DNA of 64,000 nt from an uncultured Candidatus Peribacteria bacterium (GTDB lineage Bacteria > Patescibacteriota > Gracilibacteria > RBG-16-42-10): the NCBI GenBank assembly GCA_964514565.1, contig CAZERA010000003.1, forward strand, positions 25,221 through 89,220, read 5' to 3'. The first letter of the stretch is position 1, and every line of letters begins with the position of its first letter. The position numbers were made by a program, and so were the translations under genes. The notes below the pieces were generated by a model. That model saw only the letters and a list, made by a program, of their open reading frames with translations. It made no database searches and had not been told where the DNA came from. This document shows, piece after piece, positions 1-10,294 of this stretch.

Positions 1-1
1 A

Positions 2-301
2 CATGCTTTAGAAGCAATGCGTACTGTATTCAAAACTGGCATTGCTTATCACAAAGCTGGTGTGTTTTTTTATGGTATCGAGTCTAGTGCCAATAAACAA
101 TTATCTTTCTTTGATCAAGCACCGCTGGAGCAGGAGAAGACTAGTAAACTGAATTTGGCTATCAACCAGATCAATAAAAAATTTGGTACTGAAAAACTAC
201 ATTTTGCTATTCAAGGCCAACAGCAACCTTGGAATATGAAGCAAGATTTCAAGTCACCAGCTTATACAACTAAACTGAGTGAGCTAATGATTGTTCGCTA
301 A
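2..301 (+). CDS. umuC: Y-family DNA polymerase (UmuC-like), C-terminal fragment; the 5' end lies outside the window
   Basis: The frame is open from the window edge. The tail QQPWNMKQDFKSPAYTTKLSELMIVR matches the conserved UmuC C-terminal signature (W-x-M-K...SP-x-YTT...L..V). Confidence 0.6.
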   Translation, partial: HALEAMRTVFKTGIAYHKAGVFFYGIESSANKQLSFFDQAPLEQEKTSKLNLAINQINKKFGTEKLHFAIQGQQQPWNMKQDFKSPAYTTKLSELMIVR

Positions 302-304
302 CAT

Positions 305-721
305 TCAGAGCTGGATTTTGTTTAGATCTTGATGAATAACGATTGGTTCAACCGAGACAATTTCTGTCTTGTAGTAAGGGATCTCGGGAATATCATTCCA
401 CAAAAATACTTTTTGCTTGAGGACATGAGCGAAGCCAATCTCCATCAAAGTATTACCTCCGATGTAGTTTTTGATACCATGTTTGTCTAGATTGAGTACT
501 AATACAGCGTCGCCGCCTTGCATCAGTTGCCAAAACTCGGTGAGGGGATCGGCATAGGATTTCTGGGCAAGCTTGATGGTTTCTTTTTCACTATCAGATT
601 TACCTACAAAGTCAGGCGCAAAGGATGTGAGATAGGCATCGTGTCCCATGGTGATCAATTGATCCCGAATATCCATCATCTTTTCTGTATACTGCATGCT
701 ACCAATAATACCAATTCGCAT
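305..721 (-). CDS. Nucleoside 2-deoxyribosyltransferase / DNPH1-like fold protein
   Basis: 138-aa ORF. It has an N-terminal MRIGIIGS Rossmann-like strand, a GGDAVLVLNLDK segment and YIGGNTLMEIGFAHVLKQKVFLW, which resembles the ...G..ElG.A...K.v motif of the NDT/RCL family. Confidence 0.45.
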   Translation of the reverse strand: MRIGIIGSMQYTEKMMDIRDQLITMGHDAYLTSFAPDFVGKSDSEKETIKLAQKSYADPLTEFWQLMQGGDAVLVLNLDKHGIKNYIGGNTLMEIGFAHVLKQKVFLWNDIPEIPYYKTEIVSVEPIVIHQDLNKIQL

Positions 722-829
722 AGTGATAGTTGAGATACTGAGATCTTAACGAATAGATTCAAAATATAAAATAGCATTTTGCTCCGGTCGATATTTTTGA
801 TTATAGTGCTTTCTCATTTTATTTTTTGG

Positions 830-1378
830 ATGCAGGAATCTCGCGATAGCGTCGTCATTATCGGTAACTTTCGAAAGCACTTGGCTGAGATTGGCAAGGT
901 TGCTCGATTGATGCACTCACAAGGGATAGATGTTTTGTCACCTATTAGTGCGGAAGGCGTAAATCTTGACGATCCATTTGTCGTTCTGGCTACGGATGAT
1001 CCTACCAAGTCGCCTCATGATTTACAGTTTGCAGTTTTGACTAAAATATTTAGGACTAGTCTCGTGTATTTAGTGAATCCTGGAGGTTATGTAGGTCTCA
1101 GTGCTGCTGGTGAAGTGGGGTACTCCGCTCTCACAGACCAAACAGTACTTTTGCATGAACCTTTGACACAGTTTGGTGACGAAGTTCCTCAGTCTTTGCG
1201 CGAGCTCTTTCAGGGGATTCCTAATGCTCAACAGATTCATTCAGCTGCGTTTCAAGACCAATTAGTATTAGCAAAAAGTCATCACTGGAAACTAGCTGAG
1301 GAGACCAGAAAAGCAGTAAGAGCATCGGCAAAGGCATGGCTTGATTCCTTGTCTAAACAATCAATCGAAGCAAAATAA
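830..1378 (+). CDS. Second NDT-like fold protein (distant paralogue), divergent from 305..721
   Basis: Motifs are VVIIGNFRKHLAEI...GIDVLSP and LVYLVNPGGYVGLSAAGEVGYSALTDQTVLL. I prefer the ATG at 830 over the TTG at 779 given in the ORF track. Confidence 0.35.
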   Translation: MQESRDSVVIIGNFRKHLAEIGKVARLMHSQGIDVLSPISAEGVNLDDPFVVLATDDPTKSPHDLQFAVLTKIFRTSLVYLVNPGGYVGLSAAGEVGYSALTDQTVLLHEPLTQFGDEVPQSLRELFQGIPNAQQIHSAAFQDQLVLAKSHHWKLAEETRKAVRASAKAWLDSLSKQSIEAK

Positions 1379-1413
1379 TAAACTCTATTCTGGCAATTCC
1401 TGATCACTATTCG

Positions 1414-1429
1414 TCCCGCGCCTGCGGGA
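1414..1429. repeat. GC-rich palindromic hairpin, family member 1 (tcccgc-gcct-gcggga)
   Basis: Perfect 6-bp stem with a 4-nt loop, lying just downstream of CDS 830..1378. Related copies are at 14808, 19793, 28041, 46076 and 58416. Confidence 0.6.
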
Positions 1430-1488
1430 TCTTTGCTCTCCTTCCTGTTTCCTATTATTATCCTTTCGATTATTTCTCCCCTTGGTCT

Positions 1489-3123
1489 ATGGCAAAAAAA
1501 TCTAGTACCGGTGCTTTGACTCCTGAACAGCACGCAATTCAAGATGCTCGTTATGCTCAAAATCATCAGTATGATTATGTGATTGTGGGTACTGGTAGTT
1601 CTGCTCTTACTGTTGGCGCATTACTGGCTCACGCTGGCTACAAGATCTGCATGCTTGAGGCTCATGATTTGCCAGGTGGTTATTGTCATACTTTTGAGAT
1701 GGGGGGATATGAATTTTGTGCGCAAGTGCATTATATCTGGGGCTGTGGGCCAGGAGGCAAGATTTATGAATTCTTGAAGCGGATTGGTTTGGAAAAAGAA
1801 ATCACTTTTGAATTGTTGGACAAGAATGGTTATGACCGTATGGCTTTGCCAGATGGTAAGAAAGTGATGATTCCTTATGGCTGGGACAACTTAATCAAGA
1901 ATGTGGTAGAAGCATATCCTGATCAAAAGGAACCGATGGAGAAATTTGTGGGAGCGATCGAGAAATTGCGAGAAGAGTTTCAAACATTTCCTGATCGTGC
2001 TTTGACTTTGAAAGACTACTTACAAGCTTACAAGTATCCGACTATCATCAAATATCGCAATGCTACCTTGCAGGATCTTTACAATGAGACAGGGATGAGC
2101 AAAGAGGCACAGGCTGTGCTTTGCGCCAACGCTGGAGACTTTATGCTGCCACCAGAGCGACTATCACTGTTTTGTTATATCGGTCTTTTTGGTGGTTATA
2201 ATACTGGGGCTTATTATCCTACCAAGCATTTCAAATATTATATCAACCGTTTGGTTCAGTTCATTACTGATCATGAAGGTTGTCATGTTTACTTTGAGAC
2301 GCCTGTCAGCAAGATCAATGTAAGCGCAGGTAAGGTGACTAGTGTAGAGACTGCAAATGGTAAAACATTTACAGCGAAAAACTTTATTTGTAATGCTGAT
2401 CCTCAGAAAATGTCTGAGATGATTGGTTTGGAGCATTTCCCAAAAGCTGAGCAGAAGAAATTGGATTATAAATATTCTCAAGCAGGTGTAATGATTTACT
2501 TGGGATTGAAAGATATTGATTTGCGTGACTATGGTTTTGGTTCATTCAACACTTGGCATCTAGAGCAATGGGATATGAATCAAATGTGGCGAGAGATGGG
2601 ACAAGTCAATTTCAGCAAGCCTTGGATCTTTATGTCTACACCTACTCTGCATACCAATGAGCCTGGTACTACACCTAGTGAGAAGCATCAGATCTTAGAG
2701 ATAGCCGCCTATACTGAGTACAAACCATTCAAGGAAGCAAAAGATCGCAGCTATGCTGAGTATACTAAGCTCAAGTTTCAAGTAGCAGATCGGATGATTC
2801 AGATTGCTGAGAAATATATTCCAGAACTGCGTAAGCATATCGTAGTGCAAACTATCGGTACTTCTACTACCAATGAGGATTTCGTATTGGCTCCTGAAGG
2901 GAATGCTTACGGGGCTGAACTCTCACCTGAACAAGTTTCTGGTGCTCGCGTCAAAGCGAAGACACCATTTGAGAATTTCTTTTGGTGTAATGCTACTAGT
3001 GGATGGGGGGGGATGTATGGGACTGTGGCTACTGGTATGAATTTGTATATGGATCTGACGGGCGATCGGTTTTATGTGAACGCTAATTCGCCGACTGATC
3101 AACAGTTTATTGATCAGCTGTAG
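1489..3123 (+). CDS. FAD/NAD(P)-dependent oxidoreductase, phytoene desaturase (CrtI)-like family
   Basis: N-terminal dinucleotide fold YDYVIVGTGSSALTVGALLAHAGYKICMLEAHDLPGG. The 544-aa length and C-terminal ...GGMYGTVATG are typical of CrtI or retinol-saturase-like enzymes. Confidence 0.7.
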   Translation: MAKKSSTGALTPEQHAIQDARYAQNHQYDYVIVGTGSSALTVGALLAHAGYKICMLEAHDLPGGYCHTFEMGGYEFCAQVHYIWGCGPGGKIYEFLKRIGLEKEITFELLDKNGYDRMALPDGKKVMIPYGWDNLIKNVVEAYPDQKEPMEKFVGAIEKLREEFQTFPDRALTLKDYLQAYKYPTIIKYRNATLQDLYNETGMSKEAQAVLCANAGDFMLPPERLSLFCYIGLFGGYNTGAYYPTKHFKYYINRLVQFITDHEGCHVYFETPVSKINVSAGKVTSVETANGKTFTAKNFICNADPQKMSEMIGLEHFPKAEQKKLDYKYSQAGVMIYLGLKDIDLRDYGFGSFNTWHLEQWDMNQMWREMGQVNFSKPWIFMSTPTLHTNEPGTTPSEKHQILEIAAYTEYKPFKEAKDRSYAEYTKLKFQVADRMIQIAEKYIPELRKHIVVQTIGTSTTNEDFVLAPEGNAYGAELSPEQVSGARVKAKTPFENFFWCNATSGWGGMYGTVATGMNLYMDLTGDRFYVNANSPTDQQFIDQL

Positions 3124-3229
3124 GTGACGTTAGGGGCTGACGGTTTGTTTGGCTTTGGGCAGGATCTCTCCCTTTGGTCGAGATAGTGGGCGGAGAGTGC
3201 CTAGGCGGCAATGTTAGCTTGTGGGTATT

Positions 3230-3259
3230 CGATAGGCTCTGGTGTAGGTGAGCCTATCG
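3230..3259. terminator. Hairpin between convergent genes (cgataggctc / gagcctatcg, 10-bp stem)
   Basis: Perfect 10-bp inverted repeat with a 10-nt loop between the 3' ends of CDS 1489..3123 and 3270..4547. There is no clear U-tract. Confidence 0.4.
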
Positions 3260-3269
3260 AGTGTGCTGA

Positions 3270-4547
3270 TTACTTTGAACTGTTGATTCGTTCTGCCGTT
3301 CGTTTGCCACATCTCAGTGCGCCTTCTGTCCATAGAGCATTCATATAGTCGCCACAGAGGTAGACGTTGTTTTCGCCTTGGTGATTGTCTAGGAATGCTT
3401 TTACTGCTGTTAGATAGCCTGTGTAGAATTTAGGCATTGCTTCTGGCCAACGTTGGAGATCGTGGTTTTGGATTTGATCTGTGCTGCTAAACCATGGGCA
3501 TACAGTCAGTAGGTCTTTTTTTACTTGTTCGAAGATTTCTTGATCTGATAATTGCATGATGCTGCGAGCGTATTCTTCATGGAGCCAGGTACAGAGCAAT
3601 GTGTCTTCCTCATCAGTTGTCTCTTCACCTTTCATTGCTTCGTTTACATAGCCTGAGACTTTAGTACTTTCCACATATGGCACCCATACTATCGCGATTT
3701 TGGGGAGCAGTTTTTTGGGTACGCGGAAAGCGATGCTAATAGATGATGCATAGCGAGCTTTAGACATGATCTCTGCTTGAGCTGCAGAGGGATTACTGAA
3801 TATCTTTTGGGAAGCAGTTGCTGTACTAGCCAAGACTACCTTGTCGAACTTTTCGCCATCTACTAAACAGCCATCAGTCTCATTGCTGATTTGTTGGACA
3901 GGATGATCAAGCTTTACATTGAGTTTACTAGCAAATGCATTTGGTAATGCTTGCATACCACCTTTTGTACGGTACAGATCCCAATTGTCTAATTGTGTCT
4001 TTAGTGAATGAATGATGCCAAAGTTGGCCGCTTTACTGATATCTATAGCTCGGTGAAATTGGTAGGTGGTACTAAAGGCATCGACGAAATAATCAGCTAC
4101 TACTTTGCCACAAGTTTTTTTCATATATTCGTAACCATTTTCATTGTCATAGGCCACCAGGTTGCTGAGATTGAAGAAATCTTCATCTACTTTGGGCGTG
4201 CGTAGGTATTGAATAGCTAGTCTGAGATTGCCCCAAAAGCCAGCTACCTGATCACGGTTACACACTTTTTTATCTTTGATGATGCCATAAGCCAAGAAGC
4301 GCATTTGTTCCCAGTCGATTTTGAATTCGGCACAATACTTTTTCATCTCGGTGTACCACTGACAGAGATGATCAGCACCTAGATCAAAGATGAAATTGTC
4401 TTTGGTACGAGACGACATGCGGCCACCAACTTGGCTATTTTTTTCGAAGACCACTACTTCATGACCTGCTTTTTGTAATTCATAAGCACAAGTGAGGCCG
4501 GCGATACCGGCTCCGATCACCGCGATACGTTTGGGAGTAGAGGACAT
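3270..4547 (-). CDS. FAD-dependent amine oxidase / protoporphyrinogen-oxidase-like oxidoreductase
   Basis: [38 protein letters not shown] is a canonical GxGxxG-...E...GGR FAD-binding start. The C-terminal VYLCGDY is typical of the flavin amine oxidase family. Confidence 0.65.
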   Translation of the reverse strand: MSSTPKRIAVIGAGIAGLTCAYELQKAGHEVVVFEKNSQVGGRMSSRTKDNFIFDLGADHLCQWYTEMKKYCAEFKIDWEQMRFLAYGIIKDKKVCNRDQVAGFWGNLRLAIQYLRTPKVDEDFFNLSNLVAYDNENGYEYMKKTCGKVVADYFVDAFSTTYQFHRAIDISKAANFGIIHSLKTQLDNWDLYRTKGGMQALPNAFASKLNVKLDHPVQQISNETDGCLVDGEKFDKVVLASTATASQKIFSNPSAAQAEIMSKARYASSISIAFRVPKKLLPKIAIVWVPYVESTKVSGYVNEAMKGEETTDEEDTLLCTWLHEEYARSIMQLSDQEIFEQVKKDLLTVCPWFSSTDQIQNHDLQRWPEAMPKFYTGYLTAVKAFLDNHQGENNVYLCGDYMNALWTEGALRCGKRTAERINSSK

Positions 4548-4610
4548 GCAATTAAAGTGAGGGAGTAATCATGCTGAACATATACTATATGAAAGAAAAT
4601 TCAATTTTAT

Positions 4611-5099
4611 TTACTCTTTTGGGCCGGCTAGGAAGATTACTTTATTTGGTAGCTTTTCGAAGACTGGCTTGAGGTCTTGGATATTGAGTTGCACTGTTTT
4701 GGTGGTAACACCGGGTGAAAAAAGATAATCAGTGTGGGTGAATATTTTGGGATCAACTACAATGATAATCTTTTCAGAAAAACCAAAAGGGGATACACAA
4801 CCGGGTACACATTCGGCGACTGTCTTCACATCTTCAGCTGAAGCGATTGAAAGCTTGACGCCTAACAGTTCTTTCAGCAGTTTAAAATCTACTTTTTCGC
4901 CTTGGACAGTCACATAGATATAGTAGTTGTCATCATTGCCTAGCATAAAGACATTTTTGCTCTCGATACCACTCCAATGAAGGCGGGCTTTTTCTCGCTC
5001 AGCATCTTCGTAAGAAAGAATTGGTTCATGATCAAATTCTTGATAGCTAATCTGATTTTGATCCAATAAAGTTTTGATGTTTTGATAGACGGTTGTCAT
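4611..5099 (-). CDS. YbaK/ProX-type aminoacyl-tRNA deacylase domain protein
   Basis: 162 aa; SKNVFM...GEKVDFKLLKELLGVKLSIASAEDV...CVPGCVSPFG matches the YbaK/EbsC editing-domain pattern. Confidence 0.7.
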   Translation of the reverse strand: MTTVYQNIKTLLDQNQISYQEFDHEPILSYEDAEREKARLHWSGIESKNVFMLGNDDNYYIYVTVQGEKVDFKLLKELLGVKLSIASAEDVKTVAECVPGCVSPFGFSEKIIIVVDPKIFTHTDYLFSPGVTTKTVQLNIQDLKPVFEKLPNKVIFLAGPKE

Positions 5100-5360
5100 A
5101 CATAGCTTTAATTATGATAAATATACACTGAACTAGTGCGGTATTTAAGACGATGTCTGATTTTAGGCGGGGGGAGCGTCTTCGATTGGCAAACGAAGTA
5201 GTTAATAGTAAGTAGTAATTTTGGGAAACTGCATTTATTTATTACTTGCTACCTACTACTTACTCACTCGTTTCTACGGCTGTTTACCTTCAAGCCAAGG
5301 GCTGTCATTGACTTTGTATTCATAACATTTTATTCTACTAATCAATATTGTTATTTATAA

Positions 5361-8300
5361 ATGACTAGACGCGTTGAAGTCACTACTGACAAACTAAATT
5401 TTGAGGCTCTCTATCAGTCTGATTTTGAGGGCTATGTACAAGCTGACAAAGGGCTACTAACGGAGGCGGTTGCTAGTTGGTGCGAGCGAGCACAAGCTCA
5501 CAATCAAACGCATGGGGCAGTGAGTTTGTCCGCAGTCACAGAGATGCATAGCTTACTCAGTACTCCTATTCAGCGAATTGCGTTTTGGCGGACAGTGAGT
5601 CAGTTGCCTGTCACAGCTGTATATTTTCAACCGGCTCATGCTGCAGCGCTTTTAGCGAAAGTACGTGAATCAGCAACCACTGGTAGTGTAGTTTTGTTAG
5701 CTGCTCTTGATGAAATCTTTGCTTTGACTGGACAAGGGGAGTCAGTCTCGGGCGAAGAGATGCAGCTTCGGCTCGAACAAGCAGCTTTACTAGCCGGTTT
5801 GGGAGACGCCGACAAAATAAAAAGATTGTTTTCGCAGTTTTTTAAAAAAGTGAAACCGCTTATTACTGATCCTCAGGATCTCACTCGCTTGATTACTTTT
5901 GCACAGCAACTACAAGCTCAGGCAAAAGCAGATCCAGCTATGTTGACTGACTTCTTGTGTGATGCTGAGAAAACCTATAAAGCTGATCCGCTTACTTTTT
6001 TGTCAGCAGTATTACTGTTAGCAACTACGAGTGCTAGCACAGCCAGAGTGAATACACGTCGAGTATTTCAACTTTTGGGAGAAGGAAAGACAAAAGTAAG
6101 TGCTGACACGTTGGTTGTGGTGGCCGAGCTAGTCGGTAGTGGGATTTATCCTACTCCTACCGTGCTGGAAAAGGCAGTGGCACTAGCTAATAAGCCTGAT
6201 CGTGAACTTTTGATTGGAGAGTTTGTTGCTGTGTCTGAAAGAATTCGTCAGCAAGAAGTTGTGAATGTCGCGGACCCAGTAGAGCTGGATATGTACTACA
6301 ATTATCTCAAAGTACCCATCCCATTTGCTACCTTTGTGGAGATCTTGCGAGAGGTACCTGCGAGTAAATTGGGGAAGAAAGCAGCTAAGTTTACCCCATT
6401 TAGAATTTCCGCTCAGGGAGTAAAAGCAATTACCAATAATACTGACCCTGCTTTGGTAGAACCCCTCAGAGCAGAGATTATTTCTCACTCTCAGGTAGCT
6501 ACTGCAAAGCAGTTTTTGCAAGCAATTCCTGGTTTGCCCAAAAAAGTGCTGAGTAAAGCAGCTAAAGATGAGCTGATGCGAGCAGTAGCATTGACTCTGA
6601 CTGACAACCTGAGTAAGGCCGGTAAGCTCAATGCTGTAGGTGAGTCACCATTCAATGATACCAATGTGCTTGGTAAAACAGAGAAGTTGCTACTTTTGCC
6701 GGCCTCGTATCAGAAGATTACGCATCTGCAGTATGCTCATTTCCAATTGGGACAATTTATTAAAGCTTCACAAAAGCTAGTCAGAGAAGGAAAATTTATT
6801 GCAGCTGAACAAGCGCTGATCAAAAAGAATATTGCTAGAGCTGAGGAGCTTCGTACTGCTTGTAGCAAGGTGACGTATATAGATTTAGAAGTTGTATTGA
6901 AAGATTTTGATAGTGATCCAGAGAATTATAAGCATCTGGATGCACTGTGTGAGTGTTATAGCCAGCTTGATCTTTTTACTGATCAAAATGAAGCTGAGGC
7001 TAAAATTACTGCAAAGTTGGCGCAGTCAATCTTTACGGCTGCCTTCCATCATATTCATGATATTGGGGTGGCCGATGCTCAGCATCTCTTGAGTGTAAGC
7101 GCCCATTATTTGTTTGCTGCTCGGTTGGATGGTAGTGAATCACAACAAGTATTATGGGAGTGTTTAGAACTCAAGGCGCTTTTGGCGACACCAGACATGG
7201 CCGATCAGGTTTCTGAGGGAAGAGCTGATGTGGTCCTGGAAAGTAGTAAAGATTTGTATGCGGAGAAGATTCCTGAACAGTTTAACCAAGTCTTGGCTGG
7301 TCAGGCGGAAGAAGATGGACTCTGGCATATTGGTAAGAAAATCAATGATCAATTTGATACTTTTGCTGTAGAAGAAGCGCAAGGGATCATGAAGAAAGTG
7401 GAGAGCCTCTTTCAAGGCAATGCAGCTTATCTGAAAAGTAGTAGCAAAAATGAAGCACTAGTTACTACTTTCGGCGGATTAGTCACCCTGATGATGGGGC
7501 GTTTAGCTAAAATTGAGAAAGAATTTACCGAGACACATCCAGGTATTGCTAGAAATTATCATGTGGATGCTATCGGCCATTTAATTGGGTCTCTTCGTTA
7601 TGTGACTGCTGGCAATCGTGATCTCAATAAAATTTTGGCGATACCGGGTCTGACAGACAAAGAGCGGAAAGTAGTAGAAGCATTGAAAGCGAAATTGCTA
7701 CTTTTTGTAGAAATATTGAGACCATTACAAAGTAGTCTGCAAGCAGTGGATAATAGCGGACTCAAAAAAGTAGATCGACAGGAAACACTGGCTGAGATCA
7801 AAGATAAGGTCAGTAAACTCGCTGATGCCCAGCAAAAAAGTTATGACGCCTATCCAGCTTATATCGCTTTTGGCCTAGCACGTGATCAACTGATGCTGGA
7901 ATGGCAAACTACCAAAGAGACAGGTAAGGACAGTCTCTACGCTGCGTATTTAGCTGAAACAAATGGTGTTTATGATGCTGCTGTTTTCCAACCAAGACTG
8001 CGTGCAGCTACAAAAGAAATTGATGCGCTTTTTAGTGCTCGTCTAAAGTTGCTTCGCCGCCAGTATGAGCAAAACAATCCTGACGTTGTTCAAGTAGTGG
8101 ACCAAATTGAAAAAATCACTGATCGGCTGCATCGATTGGCTCAGGCATTGGATCCTATTTCAGCTATTCAAAAAGATAAATTGCGACCTGTTCAAGCAGA
8201 GTTAGCCAAGATTTCTTATGAGGATTTGGGTGATGATGATTTTGAACTGGTACCTTCAAAAGCTACAGGTGATATTTTTAAAGGTTGGATATCAGATGAT

Positions 8301-10286
8301 TGTTCTACCAATGCAGGATATCGTAAGCATATAGCCAGTCCTAGTTTTATTAATTATCGAGTTTACAAGAAACAAGATGGAGAACGTACTTGGGTGGGAA
8401 ATGTCTATGTACTTGATGTGATGGTTTCTGGTCAGCCTGTGCTGATTTTGGATGCTATCCAAGTATCTCGCTCGACTTCAGTCAATCCTAAAAGCTTTCT
8501 CAAAGGCGTGCTAGCTGGGATGGGAGGAATAGCAGACAAAAATCATTATCGTTATATTATTTCCAACAAAATAACTGATGCTGCTGGTGGCTATTTAGTG
8601 TCCAATCGTACGCAGCTGCGACAGGCGTATATGATGCTTTATGATGTTTGCCAGACTATGCAGCTTGATGAGCGGTCAATTAGTGGTATTGATTCTGAGC
8701 GTCATCCATTTCAAAGCTTGACCCAGGGTGACGGTGAGTTCAAGGTTTTGTGGCAGCATCCTGAGGTGCGTCCTGCTATTAGTTTGGTTGACCTAGTGAG
8801 TTGGGCGAGTGATCATGCTGGCACTGCTTTTGGTGATGCATTGCGACAAAAAGAGAAGAAAAACTCCTTTGTTTTTGGTTTGGTTTTTCAAACCACCTCA
8901 GCTGTTGCTACTTTGCATAGTTTTGCTGTTAACCCTGATCAGCTGCGGTTTTATTTACAGTTGATGCTTGATCATTTTGAGGACAGCGCTGTCCATACGG
9001 CATTGGCTAATCCACTAGGACTGGCTTTGGTTTATCGTTTTCATCAGCTACAGTCTACTTTCGCCCCTATAGTTGTTCGACCTTTAGTTGATCTACCCAA
9101 TAGTCATGCAGTGCTAGCTGGAATGGCTGAAATTGGTGAAGAGTCTCCAGCTGGACGTGCCTTTTTAGCAAAGCTATTGGCTAATGGATTGTTTTTTCCT
9201 AAAGAGCAGTTATTACTGATTCAGAGATTAGCAATTGAGTACAACAAACTAGGATTGGAGCATTTGTTATTTCAAACATTTGAACGTGGTCATAAGCCGA
9301 ATTACAGTCATCTGTCTCGGATTGGAGAATTTATTGGTCGTAGTGCCGATACTGAGACCAATCGGAAATTGATACCGCTAATGGTGAATTATCCTTTGGT
9401 TGGTATTGATTTAGATCAATGCTTGGGGCTGCTTAATCGTATATATTTACTCAATCCAGCTGCTGATGCTGTGGGGCCGGCACTAAGTGTGGGGCAAGTG
9501 CTTTTGTGGCTTCATGATCATCGGTTGCCGAGTTTGGCTATTTTGGACAATGTCGTGACTCTCACTGAAGAGGGGGGAGCAAATAAAGCTAATTATCTAG
9601 TGTACGCAGCTAGGTTAATACGCGATGGTTTATTAGTCTCATTAGGACAGATCACGCAATTGCTTACTGACTTAGCAAAGCTAGATAATCTTGTGATGCA
9701 GGTCTCTGACCGTTTGAGTAGCGAACTTTTGTCTGGTCATGACGTATTAGATCTCTGTCGTCAGCAGCCTGATCAAATAGGAAACTTAAAAGGGCTACTG
9801 GCTGCTCTGAGTACGAGTACTGCTGTATCACCTAAGTTAGCTTTTGCTAAACAATTTGTGCAGAAGAGAGCGTCTTTTGTCCGGGCAGCGATGGTGTGTG
9901 CTGCACCTGATCAACTGCTTGATGTCCATTACTTTTTTATTTACAATTTAGACGATAATGATTTGCAGCCTGGGGATAGTTTGGCTCAGATGGAGGCTAA
10001 ATTCTTGGCCAAGAAAGTGGATGGTAGTGCATTGAAAGGTCGGCAAAGCTTAAAGCATTTAGTCATTAGTGGTCGGGATTATGCATTAACTGGCGAACAG
10101 TATCAGAAGGCCCTTGCCGCGCAGTTTGATATTTTTACTTTGAGCCAGGCGCCTCGTGCTCAACAAGGTGAATCTGCTCGGTTGCGACGAGCTGAAGCTG
10201 ACGAAGCAATTCCGACTGGGTATAGTGGGATAGCTGACTTTATTGATGATCAACCCAGTGTGTATTCCTTAGAATTTCATAAATAA
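5361..10286 (+). CDS. Giant hypothetical protein (1641 aa), no domain recognised
   Basis: Uninterrupted 4.9-kb ORF and first gene of a co-directional four-gene cluster. It appears mostly helical, and I saw no Walker A or other catalytic signature. Confidence 0.8.
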   Translation: MTRRVEVTTDKLNFEALYQSDFEGYVQADKGLLTEAVASWCERAQAHNQTHGAVSLSAVTEMHSLLSTPIQRIAFWRTVSQLPVTAVYFQPAHAAALLAKVRESATTGSVVLLAALDEIFALTGQGESVSGEEMQLRLEQAALLAGLGDADKIKRLFSQFFKKVKPLITDPQDLTRLITFAQQLQAQAKADPAMLTDFLCDAEKTYKADPLTFLSAVLLLATTSASTARVNTRRVFQLLGEGKTKVSADTLVVVAELVGSGIYPTPTVLEKAVALANKPDRELLIGEFVAVSERIRQQEVVNVADPVELDMYYNYLKVPIPFATFVEILREVPASKLGKKAAKFTPFRISAQGVKAITNNTDPALVEPLRAEIISHSQVATAKQFLQAIPGLPKKVLSKAAKDELMRAVALTLTDNLSKAGKLNAVGESPFNDTNVLGKTEKLLLLPASYQKITHLQYAHFQLGQFIKASQKLVREGKFIAAEQALIKKNIARAEELRTACSKVTYIDLEVVLKDFDSDPENYKHLDALCECYSQLDLFTDQNEAEAKITAKLAQSIFTAAFHHIHDIGVADAQHLLSVSAHYLFAARLDGSESQQVLWECLELKALLATPDMADQVSEGRADVVLESSKDLYAEKIPEQFNQVLAGQAEEDGLWHIGKKINDQFDTFAVEEAQGIMKKVESLFQGNAAYLKSSSKNEALVTTFGGLVTLMMGRLAKIEKEFTETHPGIARNYHVDAIGHLIGSLRYVTAGNRDLNKILAIPGLTDKERKVVEALKAKLLLFVEILRPLQSSLQAVDNSGLKKVDRQETLAEIKDKVSKLADAQQKSYDAYPAYIAFGLARDQLMLEWQTTKETGKDSLYAAYLAETNGVYDAAVFQPRLRAATKEIDALFSARLKLLRRQYEQNNPDVVQVVDQIEKITDRLHRLAQALDPISAIQKDKLRPVQAELAKISYEDLGDDDFELVPSKATGDIFKGWISDDCSTNAGYRKHIASPSFINYRVYKKQDGERTWVGNVYVLDVMVSGQPVLILDAIQVSRSTSVNPKSFLKGVLAGMGGIADKNHYRYIISNKITDAAGGYLVSNRTQLRQAYMMLYDVCQTMQLDERSISGIDSERHPFQSLTQGDGEFKVLWQHPEVRPAISLVDLVSWASDHAGTAFGDALRQKEKKNSFVFGLVFQTTSAVATLHSFAVNPDQLRFYLQLMLDHFEDSAVHTALANPLGLALVYRFHQLQSTFAPIVVRPLVDLPNSHAVLAGMAEIGEESPAGRAFLAKLLANGLFFPKEQLLLIQRLAIEYNKLGLEHLLFQTFERGHKPNYSHLSRIGEFIGRSADTETNRKLIPLMVNYPLVGIDLDQCLGLLNRIYLLNPAADAVGPALSVGQVLLWLHDHRLPSLAILDNVVTLTEEGGANKANYLVYAARLIRDGLLVSLGQITQLLTDLAKLDNLVMQVSDRLSSELLSGHDVLDLCRQQPDQIGNLKGLLAALSTSTAVSPKLAFAKQFVQKRASFVRAAMVCAAPDQLLDVHYFFIYNLDDNDLQPGDSLAQMEAKFLAKKVDGSALKGRQSLKHLVISGRDYALTGEQYQKALAAQFDIFTLSQAPRAQQGESARLRRAEADEAIPTGYSGIADFIDDQPSVYSLEFHK

Positions 10287-10294
10287 ACCACTAT

